Translations under genes and position numbers: made by a program
Part shown: in pieces, positions 17,580 to 27,900 of the stretch
Position numbering within the stretch: position 1 is the first letter of the stretch
Layout of the letters: every line of letters starts with the position of its first letter
From: a virus
DNA length: 64,000 bases
Direction: 5' to 3' (one strand)
IMG/VR virus record: IMGVR_UViG_3300020469_000002
Span: 1 to 64,000 of that record
Notes under the pieces: model-generated
Database searches by the model: none
What the model was told of the DNA's origin: nothing
Seen by the model: only the letters and a program-made list of their open reading frames with translations

Positions 17580-18575
17580 ATGGCAAACCCAACTTGGGCA
17601 GCACTCGACGGACAGCGACGCGAGGCGTTTCAGCGTGCAGTCAACGTGTCGAACGCTGGTTCGTACCTGATCCAGAACTACACAAACCGCATCATCGAGC
17701 AGCTTTCGGTTCGCGAGTTTGGTGCTCTCGGAACTATGGACCGCCGACCCGGTCAGGGCTCGCAGGCCATGGTCAACCGACGCACCGGCGCGACGATGAA
17801 CGCAGCGAACGTGTGGGTGTCGGACACTGTGGCTCTTACTGAGTCCACTGGTTCCTACGATCAGGCGACCTTCACCTACATGACTCTCGCCACTCGTGGC
17901 AAGGTCACTCGGAAGATGCGCGCTCGCGGTCGTTCGTACCTCGACATTCTCGCGGACGAAATGACCCACAAGCTCGACGACTTCAACAACTCGCTGGAAA
18001 GCGCGATCTTCACTGGCGACTCGGGTGCCATCTCGACTCAGATGGACGGTCTGCTCACGCAGATCAACGCCGTCTCGACTCAGGTGATCGCGAACACCAA
18101 CGCAACTGTTGGCGACTCGCTCACCTTGTCGAAGCTCGATGAAGCAATCGACGCTGTTCGTGGAGCAGGCAATCGTTCAGATCTTGCGATCTACGCATCG
18201 TTCCTCGGCGCCCGCAAGCTGAACGCTGCACTTCAGGCTGATCAGCAGTTCTCCAACATGGTTGAAGTGGCTGCTGGCTTCCGCGTGCGGACCTACGATG
18301 GCATCCCGATCATCGTTTCGACTGGTCTCGGTGACGACCTCGGTTGGAGCGGTAGCGCGCTGGACAAGCTCGCTGGCGAGACCACCGAGCCGACCACTTC
18401 GCTCGTGATCGTCAACAAGCGCCACGCATGGCTGGAGGAGCTTACGCCCACCACCATGATGCCGCTTGCTCGCGACGACAGCCAGTTCGAGCAGTTCGAC
18501 ATCTTCTGGGATGGCGCTTGCGTGCTGGGCAACACCAGCGGTGCAGCAATCCTTGGCGGAATCTCGATCTCCTGA
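17580..18575 (+). CDS. Major capsid protein (HK97 fold)
   Basis: Follows protease; strong RBS TAAGGAG; LESAIFTGD..MDGL, TYDGIPII; followed by a hairpin. Confidence 0.85.
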   Translation: MANPTWAALDGQRREAFQRAVNVSNAGSYLIQNYTNRIIEQLSVREFGALGTMDRRPGQGSQAMVNRRTGATMNAANVWVSDTVALTESTGSYDQATFTYMTLATRGKVTRKMRARGRSYLDILADEMTHKLDDFNNSLESAIFTGDSGAISTQMDGLLTQINAVSTQVIANTNATVGDSLTLSKLDEAIDAVRGAGNRSDLAIYASFLGARKLNAALQADQQFSNMVEVAAGFRVRTYDGIPIIVSTGLGDDLGWSGSALDKLAGETTEPTTSLVIVNKRHAWLEELTPTTMMPLARDDSQFEQFDIFWDGACVLGNTSGAAILGGISIS

Positions 18576-18606
18576 TCGTCTCGCGCACACTGCGCGGTCG
18601 TTCTTT

Positions 18607-18640
18607 ACGCGCCGACGGCATGTTCGTCGGCGCGTTTGTG
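18607..18640 (+). terminator. Intrinsic terminator-like hairpin after capsid gene
   Basis: ACGCGCCGACG-7 nt-CGTCGGCGCGT then TTGTG. Confidence 0.7.
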
Positions 18641-18689
18641 CGTCTGGACTAAAAAGATTTCCGATGATACAGTTCGCATCGGAGGTCAG

Positions 18690-19163
18690 ATGGGTATCCA
18701 GACCGAGGTTCCTGAGCGTGGCACTTACGAGCACGTTTTGATTCGCAAGGATCGCGACGCAAGTGTCGAGCGCGGTGTTCCCATGCGGTTCGTTTGCTAC
18801 GGCGAAAACACCGTATCTCGCAGCGTAGAGTGGCAAGGGAATCGTGTACACACGATTTTTCTTCGAGACCATGTTTCTGCGAAACGCGCATGGCGAAAAG
18901 GGTGGATCGACATCACTGATCCATGGTTTGCGATGCTCGACGATCAGATCTGTGAGCCGACGAGCATTCCACAGCAGGCAATCTTTGAGGCTCTTGACGA
19001 CAAAGAGTGGAAGTCGAAAGCTGAGATCGTGAAGCAGGCTCAGATCAAGGACAGTGAGTGGCGAACAGCCATTCGCACTCTGATCGAAAAAGATCTTGTG
19101 AAGGTCACGGGTGCGACGAATCGAAGCTACCGATACCGTAGAACGGATGTGATCGATGGCTGA
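18690..19163 (+). CDS. Hypothetical protein with C-terminal winged HTH
   Basis: GGAGG RBS; KAEIV..WRTAIRTLIEKDLVKVTG..YRY. Confidence 0.7.
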   Translation: MGIQTEVPERGTYEHVLIRKDRDASVERGVPMRFVCYGENTVSRSVEWQGNRVHTIFLRDHVSAKRAWRKGWIDITDPWFAMLDDQICEPTSIPQQAIFEALDDKEWKSKAEIVKQAQIKDSEWRTAIRTLIEKDLVKVTGATNRSYRYRRTDVIDG

Positions 19164-19728
19164 TCTCACGACGCAAGCGAAGTGCAAGCGAGCACTTGGA
19201 ATCCCATCTGCTCTGACCATGCACGACGACTATCTGGACACTCTGATTGAAGTCGCAGACGCACAGGTCGTCGGGTACTGCGGCGTGGCTGGATTCACTT
19301 CGAGCACCGTCACTGCGGAAGCATACGACATCGAAATGACCTCTCAATCAGAGGTTGTTCTTCGGAACTTCCCCGTTTCTGCTGTTTCTGCTGTAGTTTC
19401 CGCGGGGACGACTCTGAACGAAAACGCATGGTATTTCGACAGCAATACGGGAACGATTCGTCTGGTCTCGTTGGGTGGCTTCTTTCCGCAGGGAAATCAA
19501 ACAGTCAAAGTGTCTTACACATACGGCTTTTCTACAATCCCCAGCGACCTCTCACACGCTGCAACGATTGTGGTGTGTGGACTATTCAACCGCACGAGAC
19601 ATGCTGGTCTCGCGACGGAAGCTGCTGCTGGATACCGATACAGAGTTGAAGATCAAGGGATTCCAAGAGCAGCAGAGGCGATTCTGTCTCGATACAGACG
19701 ACTCATTCCACGAGGGAGTCAACCATGA
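19156..19728 (+). CDS. Head-tail connector (adaptor)
   Basis: DDYLDTLIEVA..YCG..FPVSAV..VKVSYTYGF..IPSDL..ILSRYRR; position. Confidence 0.85.
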   Translation: MADLTTQAKCKRALGIPSALTMHDDYLDTLIEVADAQVVGYCGVAGFTSSTVTAEAYDIEMTSQSEVVLRNFPVSAVSAVVSAGTTLNENAWYFDSNTGTIRLVSLGGFFPQGNQTVKVSYTYGFSTIPSDLSHAATIVVCGLFNRTRHAGLATEAAAGYRYRVEDQGIPRAAEAILSRYRRLIPRGSQP

Positions 19729-20090
19729 TGTACGAACGCTTCGTAGCCAGCGGCGATCCTACTGGCACTACAATGAAAGTTCGACTCCCTGAACGATACG
19801 CAAAAGCAAATCGTGATGGAGATCGATGGATCGTTCAAGCTCTCAATGCCGGCGAAGCAAGTCGATTGAAGCGAGAAGACTGGCGAGTCATGATCGCGGT
19901 CGCAGAACCCGCTGAAACCATTCCCTCCTTCGACGTTCTTCTAAGTACGGTCTCTGCTCTGGAGACAGCACTCGCGTCTGGAATCTTCGACGCGTTTTTG
20001 CACGAGCTTCGTGAGGAAGAGACATTCAACAAGAACCGAAGAACTGCACTCGCAGCGATCGATGAACGAATCGAAACGGTTGATGGTTGA
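19725..20090 (+). CDS. Hypothetical virion-associated protein
   Basis: EE..NKNRRTALAAIDERI motif; operon coupling. Confidence 0.65.
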   Translation: MMYERFVASGDPTGTTMKVRLPERYAKANRDGDRWIVQALNAGEASRLKREDWRVMIAVAEPAETIPSFDVLLSTVSALETALASGIFDAFLHELREEETFNKNRRTALAAIDERIETVDG

Positions 20091-21085
20091 TGCGCGCTCT
20101 GATTACAGGCGGCGCGGGCTTCATCGGAACGAGACTCGTGACATGGCTGCACGATCGCGCCGACGAGATCTTCGTATACGACTCTCGTGAGAAGCCTGCG
20201 ACTGGCTGGGGTACGTGCGTGAATCTTCTCGGTCATGATCGTGTGCTTCTTGGCCATGTTCAAGACATGCAGAGAATGTCTGACTTGGTTCAGCGAATCA
20301 GGCCCGACGTGGTTCTTCATCTTGCCGCTCAGTCGCACGTCGATGCTTCGATTAAGTCACCAACAGAAACGATTGAGGCGAATGTACTTGGAACTCACGT
20401 CGTTGCGATGGTTTGTGCAAGATGGAAAGTGCCTCTCGTGTACTGCTCGACGGACGAGGTGTACGGCGACGCTCTCGGGTGTGAAAGAGCATCGCGCGAA
20501 TATGACCCGCTCGAACCTTCCAGCCCCTACAGTGCGTCCAAAGCGTCAGGTGAGTTGTTGGTTCGTGCGATCTCGAGAACTTTTGGACTCGACTTCGCAA
20601 TCACACGAGGAACGAACGCGTTTGGTCCCGGTCAGTATCCCGAGAAGCTGATTCCTATCGCTTGCCGAATGCTGCATAGCGGAGAGCGAGTGCAGCTTCA
20701 TGGCGGCGGTTTTCAGATTCGACAATGGGTACACGTTGACGAGTTCGCAGAGTGTCTCGCGCTCGTGGCGCAGCGACTCGTCGAGAGAGATGAAGACGTG
20801 ATCGGGCAGACGTTCAATATCGCAGGACCCGAACGAATCAGTGTGATTGGACTTGTAGAAATGCTCGCGAAGCGAATGGGTGTGTCAGTCGATGACGCCC
20901 ACGAAGCTACTGCCGATCGGCCGGGTGGAGATGCAGAGTACTATGTTGATGGATCTCGGGCACGAGACGTTCTCGGTTTCCAAGCTAAACGAGTAATCAC
21001 GCACGATAACGAGCTTGAACTCTTGATTTCCGAATACGCATCTGTCGGATGCTTTCACGCGACAGTGTATGGAGGTGCAGCATGA
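20087..21085 (+). CDS. rmlB: dTDP-glucose 4,6-dehydratase-like SDR
   Basis: GGAGFIG, HLAAQSHVD, STDEVYG, PYSASK, GPGQYPEKLIP, DRPG. Confidence 0.9.
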   Translation: MMRALITGGAGFIGTRLVTWLHDRADEIFVYDSREKPATGWGTCVNLLGHDRVLLGHVQDMQRMSDLVQRIRPDVVLHLAAQSHVDASIKSPTETIEANVLGTHVVAMVCARWKVPLVYCSTDEVYGDALGCERASREYDPLEPSSPYSASKASGELLVRAISRTFGLDFAITRGTNAFGPGQYPEKLIPIACRMLHSGERVQLHGGGFQIRQWVHVDEFAECLALVAQRLVERDEDVIGQTFNIAGPERISVIGLVEMLAKRMGVSVDDAHEATADRPGGDAEYYVDGSRARDVLGFQAKRVITHDNELELLISEYASVGCFHATVYGGAA

Positions 21086-21615
21086 GAAACGGTATCAGCG
21101 GTGTCGGGGTGGTGCTCGAAGCCTCAAATCTTCAGCCTTCTGATTGGAGCGCGATGCACAGGCTTGATGCTGTGATTTCTGCTCCCTTCCCTGCTCGCTA
21201 CGATCAGGACATCTTCTGCTTGGTGTTTCAGTCCGAAGATGATGCAGAGGACGCAGATACCATTCGAACTGCTGATGCATTACGAATCGTCTTCATCGGC
21301 AAGCCGGGAAAGAAAACACTCGCTGCGTTGATCGCGCGACACGAACCATCTGGTCTCGTGAAAGCGTTTGTGGTTGATACGACGGTTTTCTGTTTTCGTG
21401 TGTACTGGAAAGATTGGCAGCCGCCTTTGATTGAGAAGTCTCCTAACTTTGAGACCCGAGCGATGAAGTGCGTGACAGAGACACACGCTCAGAAACGCTC
21501 TCAGAAGCGCGCTCAGTCTTCGCGAGCGAAGAAGACGCGCAACGTGTCAGACAACAGCACGACAAGCAGCACAGACGCAGACAGACGCGCTACCGATGCT
21601 GCTGGGGATGAATAG
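21082..21615 (+). CDS. Hypothetical protein with low-complexity C-terminus
   Basis: GGAGG RBS, ATGA coupling. Confidence 0.65.
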   Translation: MRNGISGVGVVLEASNLQPSDWSAMHRLDAVISAPFPARYDQDIFCLVFQSEDDAEDADTIRTADALRIVFIGKPGKKTLAALIARHEPSGLVKAFVVDTTVFCFRVYWKDWQPPLIEKSPNFETRAMKCVTETHAQKRSQKRAQSSRAKKTRNVSDNSTTSSTDADRRATDAAGDE

Positions 21616-22125
21616 ATGCACGCTTCGATTTGCGCATGGGTCACACAGCTTCGACGAAAGTACCCGAAGCACTTTGATGTCGGCTGTAGAGTGCTCGAAT
21701 ACGGATCACGAGATGTGAACGGAAGCGTTCGACCATATTTCATGGCTCCGAAAGAGTACGTCGGGATCGACTGCTACGCTGGCCCGTGCGTTGACGTGGT
21801 TGGGGTTGCTCACGAGTATGAGCCGAAAAAGGCGAACTTCGATGTCGTGATCACGACGGAAATGCTGGAGCACGACCCGCACTGGAAGCTCACGCTGGAA
21901 CATGCTGCGCGTATGCTTCGATCTGGTGGTCTTCTGATCTTGACCTGCGCGGCACCCAAGCGACCCCCACACAACCACTCAGACAGCCCGACTCCCGGGT
22001 ACTATGAGAACCGTACACCGGCTGAAGTAGTTGACGAGCTTTCCAAGCACTGCAAATGGAAAGAACTCGACGCATGGCTGGAGCGAGCAGACTTGGATCT
22101 GCACTGCGTAGGAATCAAGAAGTGA
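21616..22125 (+). CDS. Class I SAM-dependent methyltransferase
   Basis: VLEYGS.DVNGS, YVGID..VDVV, FDVVITTEMLEH, LRSGGLLIL. Confidence 0.88.
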   Translation: MHASICAWVTQLRRKYPKHFDVGCRVLEYGSRDVNGSVRPYFMAPKEYVGIDCYAGPCVDVVGVAHEYEPKKANFDVVITTEMLEHDPHWKLTLEHAARMLRSGGLLILTCAAPKRPPHNHSDSPTPGYYENRTPAEVVDELSKHCKWKELDAWLERADLDLHCVGIKK

Positions 22126-22748
22126 GCACCGTTACCTCGATGGCGACGAGATACTGGACCTTCTATCGAAGGACCGCGTTCGTCGTAGACAGCACGACTC
22201 TCGCCGCCACAATCGCGGTGTCGAGAAACCTTGACTCGGCTGCTCACATCGACTTGGTGGTCACACTCGATACTGGTGGAAGCATCAACGCAACGATCAC
22301 GATCGTCGGGACAGACTCAGCGGGAAGCTCTACAACAGAGGCGATTGCCTTCACGGGAGCCGGTGCGCGTTCATCTACGAAAAGATGGTCGAGCATCACA
22401 GAGTTGCAGGTCTCGGGAAGCTACACTGGGGCGACGATTAAAGCACGCGCCGCAAGTGCAGACGGAACAGCAAACCTGATTCGATACGTCGCCGCGTCGA
22501 GCAGACCAATCGCCTTTGCGTTTGCAGGAGCAGCGAAGTACCCAGCACTGAATCAGGGGTCCCACGAGCTTGATCAGGGCACAGTTTTGATTGACTATGA
22601 AGAAGTCTGGACGCCCAGAGTCGGGGACATCGCGATCGACGATCAGAACAACGAAGAGTGGGAGATTCGCGGGGTGAGACAGCAAATCTTGGGCTTCGGG
22701 GTTCGACCACACCACTACCGGCTACATGCAACGATACTGGACTCGTAA
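22122..22748 (+). CDS. Putative head-closure (stopper) protein with N-terminal extension
   Basis: PRVGD...WEIRGV..HHY C-terminus; position among neck genes. Confidence 0.55.
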   Translation: MSTVTSMATRYWTFYRRTAFVVDSTTLAATIAVSRNLDSAAHIDLVVTLDTGGSINATITIVGTDSAGSSTTEAIAFTGAGARSSTKRWSSITELQVSGSYTGATIKARAASADGTANLIRYVAASSRPIAFAFAGAAKYPALNQGSHELDQGTVLIDYEEVWTPRVGDIAIDDQNNEEWEIRGVRQQILGFGVRPHHYRLHATILDS

Positions 22749-22781
22749 TACACACTACGCCGCAGAAACCTTGGAGGTTCA

Positions 22782-25586
22782 ATGGCTACACAGTGGAAGC
22801 GTGACGAAACGAACAGCACGCTGATCATCATTCCCACGATGGGCAACCCGTCTCTCATCTTGCCCGCAGTACAGCGGGTGGTGATGCACAGCGGGTCTGA
22901 GTCTTTTCATCTTTGCATCGTTGCGAACCCACAGTGGGAGCATCGAGACGCAGTTGCCGCTGCCGAGCGTCAATGTCGGGTGATTGTCGAGGCGACAAAC
23001 GCGCTTCGAGAAAACAAGATTCACCTGACTTGGGAGCAGATGCCGGGACCTGCTGGATGGGTTGGCGCTGTTAATCAGGGTGTAGAGGTTGTCTCACAGC
23101 GCACAGGTCTTCCAGAGCACATCGTTGTCATGAACGACGATCTTCTGGTGACTGCTGGCTGGACTGATCGACTTCGTGCTGCGTTCGAGACTGAAAATGT
23201 CCATCTTCGAATCGAGCTTGTGACGCATGGGCAGCGGTATCTCGAAGGAGACGGGCACAGCGCGAAGGCATACGGCAAGATCGGAATGGTTGGTCCGGTG
23301 AGCGCGAATGTCGCTGGTGCTCAGAATCTTCAGCCCCCGTCTGCACGCGTTCCATCCGGTGCTCTTTTCGAGATTGACCCAGCGCAAGCTCTCGATGACT
23401 TCGCGGTTCAGAACGCTGATCAGAACGATGGTGTCGTGCTTTCCGCAGACTTCTTGTCTGGCTTCTGCACCATGTATACGCGGGACTGCTTCATCGCGCT
23501 TTGCGAGGACAGCGATGACGGGCTTCTGCTCGACCCGACATACCGAATCGGTGGTTTTGACGACAACGATGTCAGTGCCCGAGCCAGCATCCTTGGCTAT
23601 CGGTTGGGAATCGCGGTCGACTGCTACGTGCATCATCTTGGACATCGCACCTTGGACAAGGTGTATCCATCGCAAGCGCGAGGATTGGCGAACGCGCCAC
23701 ACTTCCTGAAGAAGTGGATGCCTCGAACCAAGCGAGATCAGCGACTCGTCGCCGTCTATCGAGTGGGCTTCTCTACATCGTGGGACATCACTATGTTCCG
23801 CACTTCACTCGAACGCACTGCCGAGCTTGTCGATGGCATCGCGGTTCTCGTGACCAACAATCCTAACGACATTCATCGTCATTCGTCGTTTCGGCTGGGC
23901 GAGCTTGGCCCTGATGAAGCAGAGCTTGTTGCGTCTACTGGACCAGACTACCCCGACAAAAAGAGTCCGATCGAAAAGTGGCTCAAAACGGTCGTGGACA
24001 CAGAGAAGGTCGATCTCGCAGTAGAGTTTCGAGACTCTGAAAAGCATGAGTGGAACGAACGAGACGAGCGAAACCAAGCAATCGAGCTTGCCGAGAGTCT
24101 GAGTCCAGACTGGATGATCTCGATCGATCATGACGAAATCGTGGAAGATCGTGTCACTCGCGAAAGTCTCGCTCGACTGATGCGTCACCCAAACCCACTC
24201 GTTCAGTCATACGACATCGGGTTTTTGACTCACTGGGACACTCCGCGTCTTCACCGCACAGATCGACCATACGCAAACGGCTACTCGTCGAATATGCGCG
24301 GTTTTCGTATGTGGCGATTCAACGCTGCTTCTCCCGCACGAATCCAGACCGGTACTCGAAAGGGTCTGCACTGCGGGAACGTCCCGCCGTTCAGTGAAAC
24401 GTCGCAGCGAGTATCGGGCATCCGTATGCGTCACTTCGGCTACTTGCGAGGCAGTGATCGTCTGCGGAAGTTCAAACGATACGCGGCTTGGATGGACCCG
24501 AATCCAAACGATCGACTGACTGGTGGTGGATACGGGCATATTCTCTGTGAAGAGGGCATGGAGATCAACGCGTACAGCCCGCGAAACGGAATCGTCTTCT
24601 CGATGCTCATGCACTCGGGCGAGCGTTCGTGGGATCTGTACCGTCACTTGGATACTCTGTACGGTCTCGTAGACAAGATCATTCTCGTGTGGACTGACTC
24701 TGCTGAGATCCCTGATGACATTCGCACAATCGCAGACGCGTTTGAGTGCAAGTGGGTGCATTCTCCATTCGAGGAGTCTTCGTCTCTCGCGAAGTGTCGA
24801 AACGCAGCGATTGATCTTGCTCACGAAGAGGGTGTTCAGTCTCTACGGTGGATGCTCACTTTCGATCCAGACGAGCATCTGGCTGCACCCGTCAATGATG
24901 TGATCGCACTGCGTCGAATGGCCGAAGTGACAGACTCGCTTGGTTGGATGATGCAGTTTCGCAATCACCGATCAGACGGTCAGTTCAATATGTCTGAGAC
25001 TGTTCGGATGTTCACGCTCGATGATCAACGAGTCATGCGGTATTCGGGCAGAGTTCACGAACGACTTGAAGACGCGATGAAGGAGCTTGGGTCTCGCGGG
25101 ATTCACCCGAAGATTCGATACTCTCCCTTCATCATCAACCACTATGGTCTCGCGAAAAGCGACCAGCAGATGCAGGATAAGCTGGAGAGGTACACGACTC
25201 TTCTTCATGCTGCGATCAAGGAAAACCCATACGAGTGCGGTCACTGGACATCACTCGGGCTTCAATACGCAAATGACGGCGAAGCCCAGAAGTTCGAAGA
25301 GTGTATGCGGATCGCTCGCGAGTGCAGCGGAAGTGCGTATCTTCCGTGGAAAGTCAGCGGTCAACATGCGCTCCGTCAAGCACGCAAGTATTTTGAGCAC
25401 TGCGTTCAATCACTTGTCCCAAGTCATCCATACGCACGCGATCTGACTCGCATTGTCGAGTGGCTTCGCGAGAACGCTCCGGACATGCCTGTTTCTGGTC
25501 ACGCTCGAACCGGTGCTGCCTCTCCACCAAAAATCGACCTCGACGAGCTTCTGGATCGATACAACAATGGAAGTGAGCAGGAGTAG
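22782..25586 (+). CDS. Multidomain GT2 glycosyltransferase (three GT-A domains plus TPR-like tail)
   Basis: IIIPT..MNDD..GFDDND..HHLG; RNQAI..SIDHDE..HFGY; RNAAI..FDPDE..GRVHE..HYG..KLERY..ENP. Confidence 0.88.
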   Translation: MATQWKRDETNSTLIIIPTMGNPSLILPAVQRVVMHSGSESFHLCIVANPQWEHRDAVAAAERQCRVIVEATNALRENKIHLTWEQMPGPAGWVGAVNQGVEVVSQRTGLPEHIVVMNDDLLVTAGWTDRLRAAFETENVHLRIELVTHGQRYLEGDGHSAKAYGKIGMVGPVSANVAGAQNLQPPSARVPSGALFEIDPAQALDDFAVQNADQNDGVVLSADFLSGFCTMYTRDCFIALCEDSDDGLLLDPTYRIGGFDDNDVSARASILGYRLGIAVDCYVHHLGHRTLDKVYPSQARGLANAPHFLKKWMPRTKRDQRLVAVYRVGFSTSWDITMFRTSLERTAELVDGIAVLVTNNPNDIHRHSSFRLGELGPDEAELVASTGPDYPDKKSPIEKWLKTVVDTEKVDLAVEFRDSEKHEWNERDERNQAIELAESLSPDWMISIDHDEIVEDRVTRESLARLMRHPNPLVQSYDIGFLTHWDTPRLHRTDRPYANGYSSNMRGFRMWRFNAASPARIQTGTRKGLHCGNVPPFSETSQRVSGIRMRHFGYLRGSDRLRKFKRYAAWMDPNPNDRLTGGGYGHILCEEGMEINAYSPRNGIVFSMLMHSGERSWDLYRHLDTLYGLVDKIILVWTDSAEIPDDIRTIADAFECKWVHSPFEESSSLAKCRNAAIDLAHEEGVQSLRWMLTFDPDEHLAAPVNDVIALRRMAEVTDSLGWMMQFRNHRSDGQFNMSETVRMFTLDDQRVMRYSGRVHERLEDAMKELGSRGIHPKIRYSPFIINHYGLAKSDQQMQDKLERYTTLLHAAIKENPYECGHWTSLGLQYANDGEAQKFEECMRIARECSGSAYLPWKVSGQHALRQARKYFEHCVQSLVPSHPYARDLTRIVEWLRENAPDMPVSGHARTGAASPPKIDLDELLDRYNNGSEQE

Positions 25587-25590
25587 TGTC

Positions 25591-26115
25591 ATGGAAGTTG
25601 AGATCAGATTCCCAGAAATGGGGACAACGCTGAAGGACATCGACAAGTTCGGCAGCAAGAAGGCATCAAAGGCAAAGAAGAAGGCACTCCAGAACGCTGG
25701 AGCAGTCTTGAAGATTGCGATCCAACAACATCTGAGCTTGACTACCTACACGCTCGCAGATCTCGAACGTATGGACCACCCATATGCGAAGCGACACGGA
25801 TCAATCAAAGTTCATCCATCTCGACCGTTTGTGGTTCATCAAAGAAGCACGAAAATGCGCAACTCCGTCACGAGTGAGTCGAAGTGGCGAGCAGGCGGGT
25901 ACGGCGGTGGAGGTGGGTGGGGGCAGCTTGTCGGACTTGACTACGGAAAGGAAAAATACTTCAAGTACGTGATCGAAGGAACCAACAAGATGCTTCCTCG
26001 AAACACTGTTTTCATGGTGAGTCAGCTTAAAAGTGTTCGCAAGGGCATGATGATGGCTGTTGTTCAAACGCTCGGTCGTCAGCTTCGCACCAAAGCAACT
26101 GTGAGATTCAAATAA
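25591..26115 (+). CDS. Tail completion protein (HK97 gp10-like)
   Basis: Basic protein with KYVIEGTNKMLPR motif; position. Confidence 0.7.
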   Translation: MEVEIRFPEMGTTLKDIDKFGSKKASKAKKKALQNAGAVLKIAIQQHLSLTTYTLADLERMDHPYAKRHGSIKVHPSRPFVVHQRSTKMRNSVTSESKWRAGGYGGGGGWGQLVGLDYGKEKYFKYVIEGTNKMLPRNTVFMVSQLKSVRKGMMMAVVQTLGRQLRTKATVRFK

Positions 26116-26531
26116 TGCCTGCCGCAAGTCTCGCAGACGCGAAGTTTCTGATTCGTGATGTTCTACTCAATGACAGCGATGTTTCTGCCATTGTTGGTGG
26201 TCGCGTATTCGGTGCTCATCTTCAAGATCCTGATGCACGAACAGTCGAGTACCCGATCGTGATTTTGGATCTTCGATCTGGAGTCGCCTCTACTTCAAGT
26301 GTTTCACGAGCAACGCTCGATCTGTGGGCATACTCGCGGAAGAGTGGTGGAGACGCGTTGCGACTCTACGATGCTTGTCAAAAGGCGCTTCAGCAGGAGC
26401 TTCTTCGTCGAGAAGGGATCGCAGTTGCCGGTTACGTGGTTGAGCAGAACAGACCCAATGAAGGCTGGAATGACAACGTGCGCGCCTACTACGCGCAGGG
26501 TGATTTCACCGTTCGCACTGTCAACAGGTGA
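26115..26531 (+). CDS. Tail terminator protein
   Basis: L..D.DVSAIVGGRVF..YPIV..DLWA; position before tail tube. Confidence 0.8.
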   Translation: MPAASLADAKFLIRDVLLNDSDVSAIVGGRVFGAHLQDPDARTVEYPIVILDLRSGVASTSSVSRATLDLWAYSRKSGGDALRLYDACQKALQQELLRREGIAVAGYVVEQNRPNEGWNDNVRAYYAQGDFTVRTVNR

Positions 26532-26534
26532 AAA

Positions 26535-26765
26535 ATGCGTAGTCAAGACTGGTCGAACAGCGCCTCGAAACCCACATCCAGACCTCGATCTCGTGTTTTG
26601 ATTCGATGTCGTACTTGTGATGAGCTTGTCGAGGTGACTCCCAGCATTTCTGCTGAAACATTCGCAGAAGCGCAACGAGAAGGAAAGCGTGTAGCGGATT
26701 GCTCACGAGTCGTTTCCGCTCGATGTTCATGCGGAGAGATTTCGTCAACCAGAGGGGCTCTCTGA
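26535..26765 (+). CDS. Small putative zinc-binding protein
   Basis: CRTC..CSCG; fills operon gap. Confidence 0.4.
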   Translation: MRSQDWSNSASKPTSRPRSRVLIRCRTCDELVEVTPSISAETFAEAQREGKRVADCSRVVSARCSCGEISSTRGAL

Positions 26766-26883
26766 TGCACGCTCATTTCGCAAACTGTCATGGTGAATGG
26801 ATCATCGTCGCAACCATTTTCACTCATTGTGCTGTGATGGTCAGTTGGCTGCGTTGCCGATTCGTTTCGTCGGAAGGTGATTC

Positions 26884-27219
26884 GTGAGTGTTGAGGATAA
26901 GCCCGAAGATCGGCTCACTCAGATGGAGCGCGTTGTTGCAGAGCAAGAGCAAGCGATCCATATGATTTTTGCTACAGTTCAAGCGATGCGTCGTGGAGAT
27001 GCAGAGCAGACGCCTCAGCAGGACCGTGCCCCAATGCGGGACGAGATCTGGTCTTGCTCAAACTGCTCTGCTCGTCTCGGGCTCTACAACAAAGAACGAG
27101 AAGAAATGCGCGTTCGATACAAGGACTTTCTCGTTTACGTGAAGCCCGGTGTGGGTGGAGTGCTTCGCGTCCCGTGTAGACGTTGCGGAGAAGAGAACAT
27201 TCTGAATAGTACAGACTGA
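26884..27219 (+). CDS. Coiled coil plus Com-like zinc ribbon
   Basis: CSNCSARLG..VPCRRCGEEN. Confidence 0.7.
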   Translation: MSVEDKPEDRLTQMERVVAEQEQAIHMIFATVQAMRRGDAEQTPQQDRAPMRDEIWSCSNCSARLGLYNKEREEMRVRYKDFLVYVKPGVGGVLRVPCRRCGEENILNSTD

Positions 27220-27336
27220 CTCTCTGCTGATCGACGCGTACTGGCGAATGTTCCTCACTCGTGGTAGAACAGAGTCCAGCACGACGCCATACGAAGGCGC
27301 ACGCGATCTCCATCTACGAACCTCTCGGAGCACGCG

Positions 27337-27891
27337 ATGCCGTTCAACGTACCTACCGTCACCACAAGCGACATTTCCTTCGGCCCAGCGGTCGTCTATC
27401 TCGGAGCAGCAGGCGCGACTCCGAGTGTTGATGTCGGGGCAATCACCGAGGATGGGGTCTCTGTCGAGATCACCAGTGAAAAGCGATACATCGCTCAGGG
27501 CAACCCTCGGATCAACTACTACAACTTCACTCAGGCTCAGTCCGTCATGGTCGGCTTCACGTCGATCGAATGGGACTTCGAGAACTTTGTGAAGGCACTC
27601 GGAGCAGGTGTCACCACCGGCAGTGGTGCAAGCCCCGACACTTTCTCGTTTGGCGGTGACCCGCTGGTCGATGAGGTTGCGATTCATGTTCAGCACTACA
27701 TGGCGAGCAGTGGAAACACTCTCAACGTGTACGTGTGGAAGGCAACAAGTGAGCAGGGTCTCACGATGCCATTCGGTCAAGATGAGCACCAGTTCGAGTT
27801 CAAGTTCACCGCGCTTGCGTCGAACACTGAATGGAACGGTGGTGCTACCGCTGCGTCCACACGCCTGATCAAGCTGTCTCGCGAAGCGTGA
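27337..27891 (+). CDS. Major tail tube protein
   Basis: GPAVVY..DVGAITEDGVSVE..FKFTAL; position. Confidence 0.85.
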   Translation: MPFNVPTVTTSDISFGPAVVYLGAAGATPSVDVGAITEDGVSVEITSEKRYIAQGNPRINYYNFTQAQSVMVGFTSIEWDFENFVKALGAGVTTGSGASPDTFSFGGDPLVDEVAIHVQHYMASSGNTLNVYVWKATSEQGLTMPFGQDEHQFEFKFTALASNTEWNGGATAASTRLIKLSREA

Positions 27892-27900
27892 TCTATAGTG

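Noticed and set aside
26699-26887. Small hydrophobic ORF in tail operon
   Set aside because: Too short and featureless to support, although an ATG at 26765 could be coupled to the upstream gene
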